Shown piece after piece: positions 54,438 through 63,478 of a stretch of DNA of 64,000 bases. Position 1 is the first letter of the stretch, and every line of letters begins with the position of its first letter. The position numbers and the translations under genes were made by a program. The stretch lies in the NCBI GenBank assembly GCA_947625725.1, contig CANQPI010000007.1, positions 2,168-66,167 of the forward strand. Reading direction: 5' to 3'. This DNA is from an uncultured Clostridia bacterium. GTDB taxonomy: Bacteria > Bacillota > Clostridia > Christensenellales > CAG-314. Under the pieces are notes generated by a model, which was not told where the DNA came from, searched no databases, and worked only from the letters and a program-made list of their open reading frames with translations.

Positions 54438-54924
54438 ACAAGGCGACCTCCGCAAAACGTTTGGCGTCGAGCGAAATAACTTTGCTTTGCAAATTTACCT
54501 GCCGAACCAAATCTTTCAAAAAGGGAAACGAAACGCTCTTTGCGCCGCTGCAAACAAAGACGTCCGCCGCGCCGTACTGCAAAATATCGGTCACTGTTCC
54601 CACCACGGAACCGTTGTCCAATACAACTTTGCAACCGACCAGGTCGGAAACAAAATATCTCTTGTCGGGCAAGGAAATGGAATCTTTATCCGCAAAAACA
54701 GTCCAACCTCGCAAAGCGTCGGCGGCGTTTCTGTCGGAAATGCCTGCGAATTTGACATAGCAAAACATACCGTCGGGACGAAGTTTTTCTACCACGTAAG
54801 CGTTGACTCCCACGTATAGCAACTCAACGCCCCGCAACATTTGCGGGTTGTCCAAAAAACACTCCATTTTCACTTCGCCTTTGACACCTTGCGATTTGAC
54901 TATTTTTCCAACTTCCAATTTCAT
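54427..54924 (-). CDS. rimM: 16S rRNA processing protein RimM
   Basis: 165-aa ORF with ..GKIVKSQGVKGEVK.. and a PRC barrel C-terminus. Confidence 0.9.
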   Translation of the reverse strand: MKLEVGKIVKSQGVKGEVKMECFLDNPQMLRGVELLYVGVNAYVVEKLRPDGMFCYVKFAGISDRNAADALRGWTVFADKDSISLPDKRYFVSDLVGCKVVLDNGSVVGTVTDILQYGAADVFVCSGAKSVSFPFLKDLVRQVNLQSKVISLDAKRFAEVALYED

Positions 54925-54934
54925 AGTAACAAAT

Positions 54935-54958
54935 TTGCCACAAGAAAACTTGTGGCAA
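54935..54958. other. Perfect 10-bp hairpin between ylqC and rimM
   Basis: TTGCCACAAG-aaaa-CTTGTGGCAA. The T6 run follows it on the plus strand and only a weak U-tract on the coding-sense strand. It may act as an attenuator or as a terminator for antisense transcription. Confidence 0.4.
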
Positions 54959-54963
54959 GTTTT

Positions 54964-55194
54964 TTAATCTTCGATTTCGATATTGTATTTTTTTCCTTCT
55001 TTTGCCCCGACGGCTTTTGCCAAGGTACGTATAGCCATGGCAATCTTGCCCTGCTTGCCTATGACCTTGCCGATATCCCCCTCCGCAACGCTGATGGAAA
55101 CGGTTTCGACGCCGTCGGCTGTTTGTGAAGTAACCTTGATCGCACTCTTGTCATCGACAAGTTGCTCGACAATGTAGGTAACAAGTTCTACCAT
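54964..55194 (-). CDS. ylqC: KH-domain RNA-binding protein (YlqC/KhpA-like)
   Basis: 76-aa ORF with the ..GKVIGKQGKIAMAIRTL.. GxxG KH motif. Lies between rpsP and rimM. Confidence 0.85.
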   Translation of the reverse strand: MVELVTYIVEQLVDDKSAIKVTSQTADGVETVSISVAEGDIGKVIGKQGKIAMAIRTLAKAVGAKEGKKYNIEIED

Positions 55195-55206
55195 AATTAC
55201 CTCTCG

Positions 55207-55467
55207 CTAAGCCTTGTGAACTTTTGTGGCTTCGATAATGTTTTCGCGAACAAGCAAAGATCTGACCGTTTCGGTCGGTTGAACGCCGCAAGCAACCCAC
55301 TTTTTTGCCTTTTCCGCGTCAAGATGTACTTGATCGTTAAGGGGATCGTAAGTGCCCACAAGGTCTACGTACTGTCCGTCGCGCGCTTTGTGGCTGTCGA
55401 TTACCACCACACGGTAGAAAGGACTTTTTTTGTCGCCCATTCTTGTCAATCTCATTTTTACTGCCAT
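55207..55467 (-). CDS. rpsP: 30S ribosomal protein S16
   Basis: Track ORF trimmed to MAVKMRLTRMG.. (ATG 55467, GGAGGAA RBS). Confidence 0.95.
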   Translation of the reverse strand: MAVKMRLTRMGDKKSPFYRVVVIDSHKARDGQYVDLVGTYDPLNDQVHLDAEKAKKWVACGVQPTETVRSLLVRENIIEATKVHKA

Positions 55468-55506
55468 TTTTTGTTCCTCCAATGTATTAGATTTTTTTTA
55501 TTTCGA

Positions 55507-56817
55507 TTAAAACGGCAAACGTTTTTGCTTGGTCATGCGTTTCATCATTTCGCACGTTTGCTCATACTGTTTTATCAATCGGTTGACGTCCTGAACCTGC
55601 AATCCGCACCCTTTTGCAATACGTTTGCGACGGGAGTAATTGAGTATTTTGGGATTGGTCCGTTCTTCTTTGGTCATTGATTGAATAATAGCCTTGTTTC
55701 GTTTGATTTGCGCCTCGTCAACTTTCTTATCTCCGAGTTTCAATCTGCTTGCGCCGGGGATCATGCCGACAATATCGTTGAGATCTCCCATCTTGGCTAT
55801 TTGCTCAAACTGTTCGAGGTAATCGTTCAGGTCAAAACTCGATTCGCGCAGTTTCCGCGCGAGATTGTTCGCTTGTTCCTCGTCAATAGCGGTTTGGGCT
55901 TTTTCGATGAGAGTAAGCACATCTCCCATGCCCAAAATGCGCGACGCCATTCTGTCGGGGTGGAAGGGTTCGATATCTTCCATTTTTTCGCCCGTACCCA
56001 CAAACTTGATGGGTTTGCCCGTTACCGCTTTGATCGACAGCGTTGCGCCGCCGCGAGTGTCGCCGTCCAACTTCGTCATGATAACGCCCGTGATGTCCAA
56101 CTCCTCGTCAAACGTTTTGGCAACGTTTACCGCGTCCTGACCGGTCATGGAGTCCACCACCAACAGCGTTTCGAAAACGTTTACCGCTTTCTTGATCGAT
56201 TTGAGTTCTTCCATTAACTCCGCGTTGATGTGCAAACGTCCCGCGGTATCGATAACGACCGTGTCAAAACCGTTCTTTTCGGCATGAGCAACGGCGTTTT
56301 GGGCTATTTTTGTGGGATTGCCTTGCCCCATTTCGAAAAATCCCGCTTTGGCTTTGCCCGCAACGATTTCCAACTGTTTTATCGCCGCAGGTCTGTATAT
56401 GTCGTCTGCGCAAAGCAAAACTTTTTTGCCGTGTTTTTGCAAATAGTACGCCAATTTGCCGCACATGGTAGTTTTGCCCGCGCCCTGCAAACCGCACATC
56501 ATGATAACCGTGGGCAACTTGGGACTAACGCCGAGTTTGCTCTGCGTGGAGCCCAACAACTCTATCAACTGTTCGTGGACGATCTTTATCACCTGTTGAC
56601 CGGGCGTAAGGCTTTTGAGAATTTCTTCTCCGACGGCGAGGTCCGTAACTTTGTTAATAAAATCCTTTGCAACGGCAAAGTTTACGTCCGCTTCGAGAAG
56701 CGCAACGCGTACCTCGCGCATTGCCTGCTTGATCTCCAACTCGGTGAGCGCGCCGCGATTTTTGAGTTTGGCAAATACGTGGTTTATTCTGTCCGTTAAA
56801 TTTGCAAATGCAGCCAA
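55507..56817 (-). CDS. ffh: Signal recognition particle protein Ffh
   Basis: 436-aa ORF with GLQGAGKTT, DTAGR, and a Met-rich M domain. Confidence 0.95.
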   Translation of the reverse strand: MAAFANLTDRINHVFAKLKNRGALTELEIKQAMREVRVALLEADVNFAVAKDFINKVTDLAVGEEILKSLTPGQQVIKIVHEQLIELLGSTQSKLGVSPKLPTVIMMCGLQGAGKTTMCGKLAYYLQKHGKKVLLCADDIYRPAAIKQLEIVAGKAKAGFFEMGQGNPTKIAQNAVAHAEKNGFDTVVIDTAGRLHINAELMEELKSIKKAVNVFETLLVVDSMTGQDAVNVAKTFDEELDITGVIMTKLDGDTRGGATLSIKAVTGKPIKFVGTGEKMEDIEPFHPDRMASRILGMGDVLTLIEKAQTAIDEEQANNLARKLRESSFDLNDYLEQFEQIAKMGDLNDIVGMIPGASRLKLGDKKVDEAQIKRNKAIIQSMTKEERTNPKILNYSRRKRIAKGCGLQVQDVNRLIKQYEQTCEMMKRMTKQKRLPF

Positions 56818-56820
56818 TTT

Positions 56821-57126
56821 CTACTCCTTTGAAACAAAATTTTTTGCAATGACAAATACTTGTTCCTTGTTTTCTCGCTCCACCGCCAACGACAACTGCT
56901 CGTACAGTTGCGCAAGGGCCAGCGCGTCCTCCAACTTGACGAGGGCGGACTCTCCTTTTACTATCGCGTCGCGAACGCCTTGCCGCGAAACACCTACTTC
57001 GTCGGCTATTTCGGACAGCGAACAATCGCAATCGCAGTACATAGTCAGCGCGTCGCGTTGCTTGTCGGTAAGCAGCCTGGAATAAACTTGCAGCAGTTGA
57101 GAAAGCCGAATCTTCGTCAATGCCAT
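56821..57126 (-). CDS. ylxM: YlxM (UPF0122) helix-turn-helix protein
   Basis: Track ORF trimmed to MALTKIRLSQLLQVYSRLLTDKQRDALTMY.. (ATG 57126). Sits upstream of ffh. Confidence 0.85.
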   Translation of the reverse strand: MALTKIRLSQLLQVYSRLLTDKQRDALTMYCDCDCSLSEIADEVGVSRQGVRDAIVKGESALVKLEDALALAQLYEQLSLAVERENKEQVFVIAKNFVSKE

Positions 57127-57174
57127 ACTTACCTCTCGAAATTGAACTGTAAAGCACTTTTGCTTTACACACAT

Positions 57175-57203
57175 AGTTTACAATACAATTTGCGTATTGT
57201 CAA
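57175..57203 (-). promoter_or_regulatory. Promoter candidate for ylxM-ffh (TTGACA-17-TAAACT)
   Basis: On the reverse strand, -35 is at 57203-57198 and -10 at 57180-75, with a 17-nt spacer. Confidence 0.4.
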
Positions 57204-57227
57204 CCGTTTGTACTGAATTTTATTTTG

Positions 57228-57262
57228 AAACAAACAAATTACCCCTCGGATATGCCGAGAGG
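57228..57262 (-). terminator. Terminator-like hairpin downstream of ftsY
   Basis: On the reverse strand, CCUCUCGG-cauau-CCGAGGGG (one mismatch) is followed by UAAUUUGUUUGUUU. Confidence 0.5.
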
Positions 57263-57398
57263 TAACGTTACACTCGTAAAAAACTTTGTTGCGGTTGTTA
57301 CGCCGCATTTTTTTGAGCCGACAAGGCGTGATTACCGACAAATTCAAAATAGCGAAGTTTTTTGTCGGTAAAATCGATCCGAAAAAATGTTCAAAGCG

Positions 57399-58292
57399 TC
57401 AAATTATCCCTTCGACGTAACTTGCGGCGTCAAATTCCATCAAATCGTCTATACCCTCGCCAACTCCCACAAAGTAAACGGGAATATCCATATCGTGTTT
57501 GATAGCCAACACCACGCCGCCCTTTGCCGTTCCGTCCAATTTGGTGAGTACAATACCGTCGATGTCGATCGCCTCGTTGAAAATGTCCACCTGCTGAATA
57601 GCGTTTTGCCCCGTCGTAGCGTCCAAAACGATTAGATTTTTGCGATCGGCTTGGGGAAATTCGCGCTCTATTACGCGGTTGATTTTTTTGAGTTCCTCCA
57701 TAAGGTTCTTTTTGTTGTGCAATCTACCGGCAGTATCCACCAACACAACGTCCGTACCGCGACTTTTCGCAGAGGAGATCGCGTCGAATACCACCGCGGC
57801 GGGATCGCTGCCCTCCTCGTGTTTTATTATGCGCACCTTGGCGCGATTTGCCCAAATTTCCAACTGTTCGCCCGCTGCCGCACGAAAAGTATCCGCGGCG
57901 GCAATCACCACCGATTTGCCTTGTTTGGTAAAGATATTGGCAAGTTTTCCGACGGTGGTCGTCTTGCCTACGCCGTTGACTCCCGCCACCAAAATGACAC
58001 ATGGGGTGGAAAAAGCGAACTTTTCGTCGCCCAAAATGTCGGCAAGCACTTCACGCAAATATTTGTTTGCCTTTTGCGGATCGGCTGTGCGGTCTTTGCC
58101 CATGCGCTCGCGCAATCTTTCGATGATTTCTTCGGTGGTTTCCTCGCCGATATCCGCCGACAACAGGATAAACTCCAACTCGTCGTAAAAATCCTCGTCA
58201 AAAATGCCGCGTTTGAAAAGTTGGCTTAACTTGAAACTGATTTTCTCCCTTGTCTTTTTGAGTCCGTCGATAATTTTTTGAAAAAATCCCAT
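57399..58292 (-). CDS. ftsY: Signal recognition particle receptor FtsY
   Basis: 297-aa ORF with GVNGVGKTTT, DTAGR, TKLDG. Confidence 0.95.
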   Translation of the reverse strand: MGFFQKIIDGLKKTREKISFKLSQLFKRGIFDEDFYDELEFILLSADIGEETTEEIIERLRERMGKDRTADPQKANKYLREVLADILGDEKFAFSTPCVILVAGVNGVGKTTTVGKLANIFTKQGKSVVIAAADTFRAAAGEQLEIWANRAKVRIIKHEEGSDPAAVVFDAISSAKSRGTDVVLVDTAGRLHNKKNLMEELKKINRVIEREFPQADRKNLIVLDATTGQNAIQQVDIFNEAIDIDGIVLTKLDGTAKGGVVLAIKHDMDIPVYFVGVGEGIDDLMEFDAASYVEGII

Positions 58293-58302
58293 AGTTCCTT
58301 CC

Positions 58303-61300
58303 TTACATTGCTTGTTTGATAGCGTCTGTCAACTTGACGGATACTATCTTGGATACGCCTTTTTCTTCCATTGTCACGCCGTAAAGCACGTCGGAGTGTT
58401 CCATAGTCGGCTTTTTGTGGGTGATAACCACAAACTGCGTGGACGTGGAAAATTTGCGCAAATATTTGGATATTCTTTCTGCGTTGGCGTCGTCCAAAGC
58501 CGCTTCGATCTCGTCCAACACGCAGAAAGGCATAGGATTGAATTTGAGGATAGAGAACAAGATAGCCGCCGCCGTCATTGTGCGCTCGCCGCCCGACAAC
58601 AACGATATGTTTTGCAATTTCTTTCCAGGGGGTTGCGCCTCGATTTCGATGCCTTGATCCAGCGAGTCTTTGGACGGGTCTTTGTCTACGTACAAACGCG
58701 CGTTTCCTCCGTTGAACAGTTCGCGGAAGATAAGTTTGAAGTTGTCGTTGATTTGAGTCATGCCGTCGTTGAAACGAGCCTCGATATCCACCGTCAACTC
58801 TTTAAGCGCGTTTTTGAGGTCGTCTTCGGCTTTTTTGAGGTCGTCCATCTGCGCGACAAGTTCGTCAAAACGTGCTTGCTCCACTTCGAGTTCCTGAATG
58901 GACGAAACGTTTACGTTGCCTAATTTTTGAATTTCCTGTTTCAACTGCGAAATGCGTTCTTTTCCCGATTCCTTGTTGTAATCATCCACTTTGTACTGCA
59001 TTGCCGCCGAATATGTTATTCCGTATTCGTCCAAAACGCGTTGTTGAAGTTCCAACAAGTCGTCGTCGATCTTGTTGATAATGTACTCTTGCTTGTCTAT
59101 TACGCCGTTCAGTTCCGCCAACTCCGTTGCAAGACGGTTGCGTTCCTCGTTGAGGAAATTGAAGTCCGCTTCCAACTTGGCTTTGGTTTCGTCCGACTGT
59201 TTGATCTGCTCCAAAACCTGCGCCATTTCTTCCTGCAAGGAACTATCCGTAACGCTTTGGTTCATTGCCGCGTACATATTGTCGATAGCGACGCGTACTT
59301 GCCCGATGTAGTCGGTGCGGGATTTGATGTTTTCCTGCAAGGTCAATATCTGCTTGCGATTGTCCTTGACGCCGTTTTCGGCAACCTCTATGTTGGTGTT
59401 AAGCACTGCCAAGCGGTATTTTTTTTCGGAAACGGTCGTGAACACGCCGTCTTTGGCGGTCATTTCCATTTGATGGATCTCTCTCAAATGATCGAACTTT
59501 TCGCGCAATTGTTTTTCCGCGGTATGCAGTTCTTTGCTTTTGAACTCTCCCTTCTTGATCGCGGCGTCGATCTGTTGCAAACGCTGAACGATTTTTTCTT
59601 TCTCGCCGGAAAGACGCAAAATATTGTTTTTTTCCGAATTGCTGAGAGTGTTGGAAGTTTCGATCTTTTCCTTTGCGGTGGCTATCTCCACTTTCAAAGT
59701 GCCGATATTTTCCGTCAACTGCGCGGCGTTGGCGCGAAGTTCTTCCAATTGCGCGTCCAATTCGTTCTTTTGTTCCTCAACGCTTTGCAACTCTCGCTGT
59801 AACAAAGCCAACTTTTCGTTATGCTCGTTCAGTTCCGTTTCGTACGAAAGAATACTGTGTCCCGATTGTTTGCGAGCGCTGCCGCCCTCGAACGATCCGT
59901 CGTTGGAAATTCTTTCGCCGGTCAAAGTTACCATACGGTGTGCGTATCTGTACTTGCGACTTATGCTGACGGCATTGTCGAAAGTATCCACCACGACGGT
60001 GCTTCCCAACAACGACTCCATTACGTTGCCGTAGTGCTTGTCGTAAGAAATAAGTTCCGAGGCGATACCCAAAACGCCCTTTTCTTTGAGAACGTCGGCA
60101 CGATCTATGCCGTGCGGCTTCATAGAACTGACGGGCAAGAACGTAGCCTTGCCGTAGTCGTTGATTTTGAGGTAATTGATCAAATACTTGACGTCTTGCT
60201 CGTTTTCGGTAACGATATTTTGCAATCTGCCGCCCAACGCCGCTTCGATCGCCTGTTGCAGGCGTTGCTCGACTTTTATGAGTTCGCCCACAGAGCCGCA
60301 AATGTGGCTTGCAAGTTCTTTGTCTTTTTTGGCGTCCTGCATCAAATATTGAATGGTCGCCTGATAACCTCTGTAATTATCGGCGAAATCTTTCAGCATG
60401 TCGATACTGCCTTTTTCGCCGGAATACGCTTGCTGTCTGCGGGTCAACTCTTTGTTCAGGTTGAATTGCTTGAATTCCAGATCTTTGATTTGCTGTTTGA
60501 GTTGGCGCAAAACGTTTTCCTTTTCGTCGCGTTCCTTGCGCAATGCGTCGTAGCGACCCACCAAATCGCCCTCTTCGCCTGCCGAAGTTTGCAGTTTTTG
60601 GGTGAGTTCTTCTTCCGAACGGGCAATTTGTTCCAACCGTTCGTTAAGCGTACTGCGCTCCGCTTGCGCGGCGACGATCTTGTTTTCCGTATCGGCGACG
60701 AGGCGCATTGCTTCTTCCAACTTGGAGCGCACGCTTTCGGAACGAGCGGCGATCTCGTCCACGCGCTTGCACACATCTGCATATTGTTCGTTGGCGGAAG
60801 TTATTTCCGCTTCGACCGTAGCGCGTTCTTCGTTGCGGCGCGCCAGCACATTGGCAAGTTCGTCGTTGGCTTGCGTCAAACGCTCGATTTCGCCGTTGTC
60901 CTGTTGAATAAGTTCCTCGTTGGAACGAATTTCCCGTTCGCAACCGTTGATACGTTCCTGAATAATGTTTTTCTCGCCGGCATTTTTTTGTACTTCCACT
61001 GCCAATGCGACTTGCTTGTCGCGCAAAGCGACGATCTCGGAATCGATATTGTTGCGACGGTGAAACATCTCGTCGTGCTTTTCGTTTACCTCGGCAAAGG
61101 TGGCTTCTTTGAGATTGTATTCCTCTTTGAGTCCGTCCAAGAATTTTTTGCCGTTTTCCTTTTCTTGGCTTGCATTATCGTAGCCGTAAATATAGGCGTT
61201 TATTTCCAACAAGCGGAGTTCATTGTAAAAGTCGATGTATTTCTTCGCAATGGTCGATTGACGTTTCAAATCGGGCAAATGACGTTTCATTTCCTCCATG

Positions 61301-61884
61301 AGGATATGTATTTGCTGCATATTGGTGCGAGTTTTTTCCAATTTACGTTCGGTTTCGACCTTTTGAACGCGGAATGTGGAAATACCGAGCGCTTCTTCGA
61401 AAATCGCGCGTCTGTCCTCGGGACGCGCGTTGAGTACGGCGTCCATTCTGCCCTGTCCCACTATCGAATAACCGTCTTTGCCAAGTCCTACGCCGCGCAA
61501 CAATGACAAAATGTCGCGCAAACGCACCACGTTGCGGTTGAGCAAATATTCGCTCTCGTTGTTGCGATAAAGTTTGCGGCTGATTATAATTTCGTCCATG
61601 GGAATTGCAAAAAGTCGCGTGGTATTGTCAAAATACAACGAAACCTCGCAGTAACTCATGGATTTGCGCGTGTCTGTACCGTTGAAAATAAGGTCCTGCA
61701 TTTGCTTGCCGCGCAAATTTTTGGTACTTTGCTCGCCCAAAACCCAACGTATGGCGTCGGAAATATTGCTTTTTCCGCAGCCGTTGGGACCGACGATACC
61801 CGTGATCGGTTGATCGAATTTCAGTTCCACCTTGTCGGCAAAACTTTTGAAACCATACATTTCTACTTTTTTAAGATAAAGCAC
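58303..61884 (-). CDS. smc: Chromosome partition protein Smc
   Basis: 1193-aa ORF with a GTG start. Walker A GPNGCGKSN, long coiled coils, a hinge, and C-terminal LSGGERTMTAAA / CVLDEIEAALD. Confidence 0.95.
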   Translation of the reverse strand: MLYLKKVEMYGFKSFADKVELKFDQPITGIVGPNGCGKSNISDAIRWVLGEQSTKNLRGKQMQDLIFNGTDTRKSMSYCEVSLYFDNTTRLFAIPMDEIIISRKLYRNNESEYLLNRNVVRLRDILSLLRGVGLGKDGYSIVGQGRMDAVLNARPEDRRAIFEEALGISTFRVQKVETERKLEKTRTNMQQIHILMEEMKRHLPDLKRQSTIAKKYIDFYNELRLLEINAYIYGYDNASQEKENGKKFLDGLKEEYNLKEATFAEVNEKHDEMFHRRNNIDSEIVALRDKQVALAVEVQKNAGEKNIIQERINGCEREIRSNEELIQQDNGEIERLTQANDELANVLARRNEERATVEAEITSANEQYADVCKRVDEIAARSESVRSKLEEAMRLVADTENKIVAAQAERSTLNERLEQIARSEEELTQKLQTSAGEEGDLVGRYDALRKERDEKENVLRQLKQQIKDLEFKQFNLNKELTRRQQAYSGEKGSIDMLKDFADNYRGYQATIQYLMQDAKKDKELASHICGSVGELIKVEQRLQQAIEAALGGRLQNIVTENEQDVKYLINYLKINDYGKATFLPVSSMKPHGIDRADVLKEKGVLGIASELISYDKHYGNVMESLLGSTVVVDTFDNAVSISRKYRYAHRMVTLTGERISNDGSFEGGSARKQSGHSILSYETELNEHNEKLALLQRELQSVEEQKNELDAQLEELRANAAQLTENIGTLKVEIATAKEKIETSNTLSNSEKNNILRLSGEKEKIVQRLQQIDAAIKKGEFKSKELHTAEKQLREKFDHLREIHQMEMTAKDGVFTTVSEKKYRLAVLNTNIEVAENGVKDNRKQILTLQENIKSRTDYIGQVRVAIDNMYAAMNQSVTDSSLQEEMAQVLEQIKQSDETKAKLEADFNFLNEERNRLATELAELNGVIDKQEYIINKIDDDLLELQQRVLDEYGITYSAAMQYKVDDYNKESGKERISQLKQEIQKLGNVNVSSIQELEVEQARFDELVAQMDDLKKAEDDLKNALKELTVDIEARFNDGMTQINDNFKLIFRELFNGGNARLYVDKDPSKDSLDQGIEIEAQPPGKKLQNISLLSGGERTMTAAAILFSILKFNPMPFCVLDEIEAALDDANAERISKYLRKFSTSTQFVVITHKKPTMEHSDVLYGVTMEEKGVSKIVSVKLTDAIKQAM

Positions 61885-62558
61885 TAATCAATTCTCCATT
61901 CGGTTACTATTTTATTTGCGGCGTCCTGCTCCGCTTCTTTTTTGGTAGATCCCTCGCCCGATACAAGATACTTGTTTTCAACGTACAATCCGCAACGAAA
62001 GGACGGTTGGTTATCCGGTCCGTCACGACCGAGAAGTTTGTATTCCAAACTCAATTTGCGTTTTTGACAATATTCCTGCAATCGCGTTTTGGCGTCTTTG
62101 CGCAAGGCGGACTCGGACAATGGAACAAATTCCCCCAAACTGCGCTCAAAAAATACTCTCGCGCACTCCGTGCCGCCGTCCAGATAGACGGCGCAAAGCA
62201 TCGCTTCGAACAAATTTGCCTTTGTTTTGCGCGATATTGCGGCTTGGGACTCGGCGGCGGCAACGCGTAGGTAACGCGCCAGATCCATTTTGTCAACAGC
62301 GGCGGCAAGCGTTTCCGCCGAAACGAGTTTTGCGCGCATTGCGGAAAGTTCGCCCTCGTTGTGCGAGCCGTAACGGCGATACAAATATTCAGTAGACAAA
62401 AATTCCAATATCGCGTCACCGAAGAACTCCATACGTTCGTTGTCGCCGACATGTTCGGTATTGGCAAAGGAGGAATGGGTAAACGCTTGCAAAAGTAATT
62501 GCTTGTCGTTGAAAATGTATCCGATTTTTTGTTCGATTTCCGTCAAACTGTCTTTCAT
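61884..62558 (-). CDS. rnc: Ribonuclease III
   Basis: Track ORF trimmed to MKDSLTEIEQKIGYIFNDKQLL.. (ATG 62558). Signature ERMEFFGDAILE, and a dsRBD C-terminus. Confidence 0.9.
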   Translation of the reverse strand: MKDSLTEIEQKIGYIFNDKQLLLQAFTHSSFANTEHVGDNERMEFFGDAILEFLSTEYLYRRYGSHNEGELSAMRAKLVSAETLAAAVDKMDLARYLRVAAAESQAAISRKTKANLFEAMLCAVYLDGGTECARVFFERSLGEFVPLSESALRKDAKTRLQEYCQKRKLSLEYKLLGRDGPDNQPSFRCGLYVENKYLVSGEGSTKKEAEQDAANKIVTEWRID

Positions 62559-62589
62559 ACACAAAACGCCGCATAAAGCGAGTATAAAT

Positions 62590-62618
62590 ATTATACAACA
62601 TATATTGATAATTTGCAA
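62590..62618 (-). promoter_or_regulatory. Sigma-A-type promoter for rnc-smc-ftsY (TTGCAA-17-TATAAT with TG extension)
   Basis: On the reverse strand, -35 is at 62618-13 and -10 at 62595-90, with a 17-nt spacer ending in TTG. Confidence 0.5.
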
Positions 62619-62686
62619 TGGAATAGAAGCAAAAACAATGTTTGTTTCACAAAATATAACAATATTGCCGCAATGTTTCACACAGC

Positions 62687-62714
62687 AAAAAGCCACCGAC
62701 ATCAGCCGATGGCT
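62687..62714 (-). terminator. Terminator after rpmF
   Basis: On the reverse strand, the imperfect stem GCCAUCG/CGGUGGC is followed by UUUUU. Confidence 0.55.
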
Positions 62715-62739
62715 CTGACTTTACAAATTTACGGAAAAA

Positions 62740-62928
62740 TTACTTCTTTTCTTCGGAAACTTCTACAACTTGTTTGCCGTCGTAATAACCGCAGTGTTCA
62801 CAAACCTTGTGAGCAACTTTGAGTTCGTGGCATTGAGGACATTCCACCAAAGAAGGGGACGTTGCCGTCCAATTCGCCGCTCTTGTATGCTTTCTTTGTT
62901 TGGATGTTTTTCTCTTGGGTACTGCCAT
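62740..62928 (-). CDS. rpmF: 50S ribosomal protein L32
   Basis: 62-aa ORF MAVPKRKTSKQRKHTRAANW.. with a CxxC..CxxC zinc ribbon. Confidence 0.95.
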   Translation of the reverse strand: MAVPKRKTSKQRKHTRAANWTATSPSLVECPQCHELKVAHKVCEHCGYYDGKQVVEVSEEKK

Positions 62929-62943
62929 AGTATCGCACCTCCG

Positions 62944-63438
62944 TTAGAATTTTAGATTTTTTAGTACGGAAAACGCATTGTCGGGCGTTTTGTCGCAATC
63001 GCACTGCGCCTCGTTAAGATTTGTTCCGCACTTCGGGCATAGCCCTTTGCAATCGGGCTTGCAAAGCAAACCGCTTGGAAGCCCCAACACGATCTCGTCG
63101 TTGACGGATTTAGTCGCGTCCAACTTGGATCCCGAATAGAAATATTCGCCGTCGCCCGCGCCGTCCTTGTAAAACACCTGACAGAAAGGCAAAACGAATT
63201 TACGCGATATATTTGCCAAACATCTGTCACAGTACCCGTCTACGTCGCAGACGATAGTTCCCTCCGCTTTGACATTCGGTTTGAGGTACGTTACCGCAAA
63301 CTGCACCGTTACGTTTTTGAGAGTGGCGTTTGGATACGGCAAAAGCCCGCTTTCCGCCCGATACTCGAATTCGTAACGGATAGGTTCGCCTGCATTGGAC
63401 AAATTTTCCGTCAAATCGACGATAACCTTATCAGACAC
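62944..63438 (-). CDS. yceD: YceD/DUF177 family protein (large-subunit rRNA accumulation protein)
   Basis: 164-aa ORF with C-terminal ..CKPDCKGLCPKCGTNLNEAQCDC.. Sits upstream of rpmF, as is universal. Confidence 0.85.
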   Translation of the reverse strand: MSDKVIVDLTENLSNAGEPIRYEFEYRAESGLLPYPNATLKNVTVQFAVTYLKPNVKAEGTIVCDVDGYCDRCLANISRKFVLPFCQVFYKDGAGDGEYFYSGSKLDATKSVNDEIVLGLPSGLLCKPDCKGLCPKCGTNLNEAQCDCDKTPDNAFSVLKNLKF

Positions 63439-63478
63439 GGTTTATATTATACAAAATAGCGTCGGGTTTGTCAACGGT

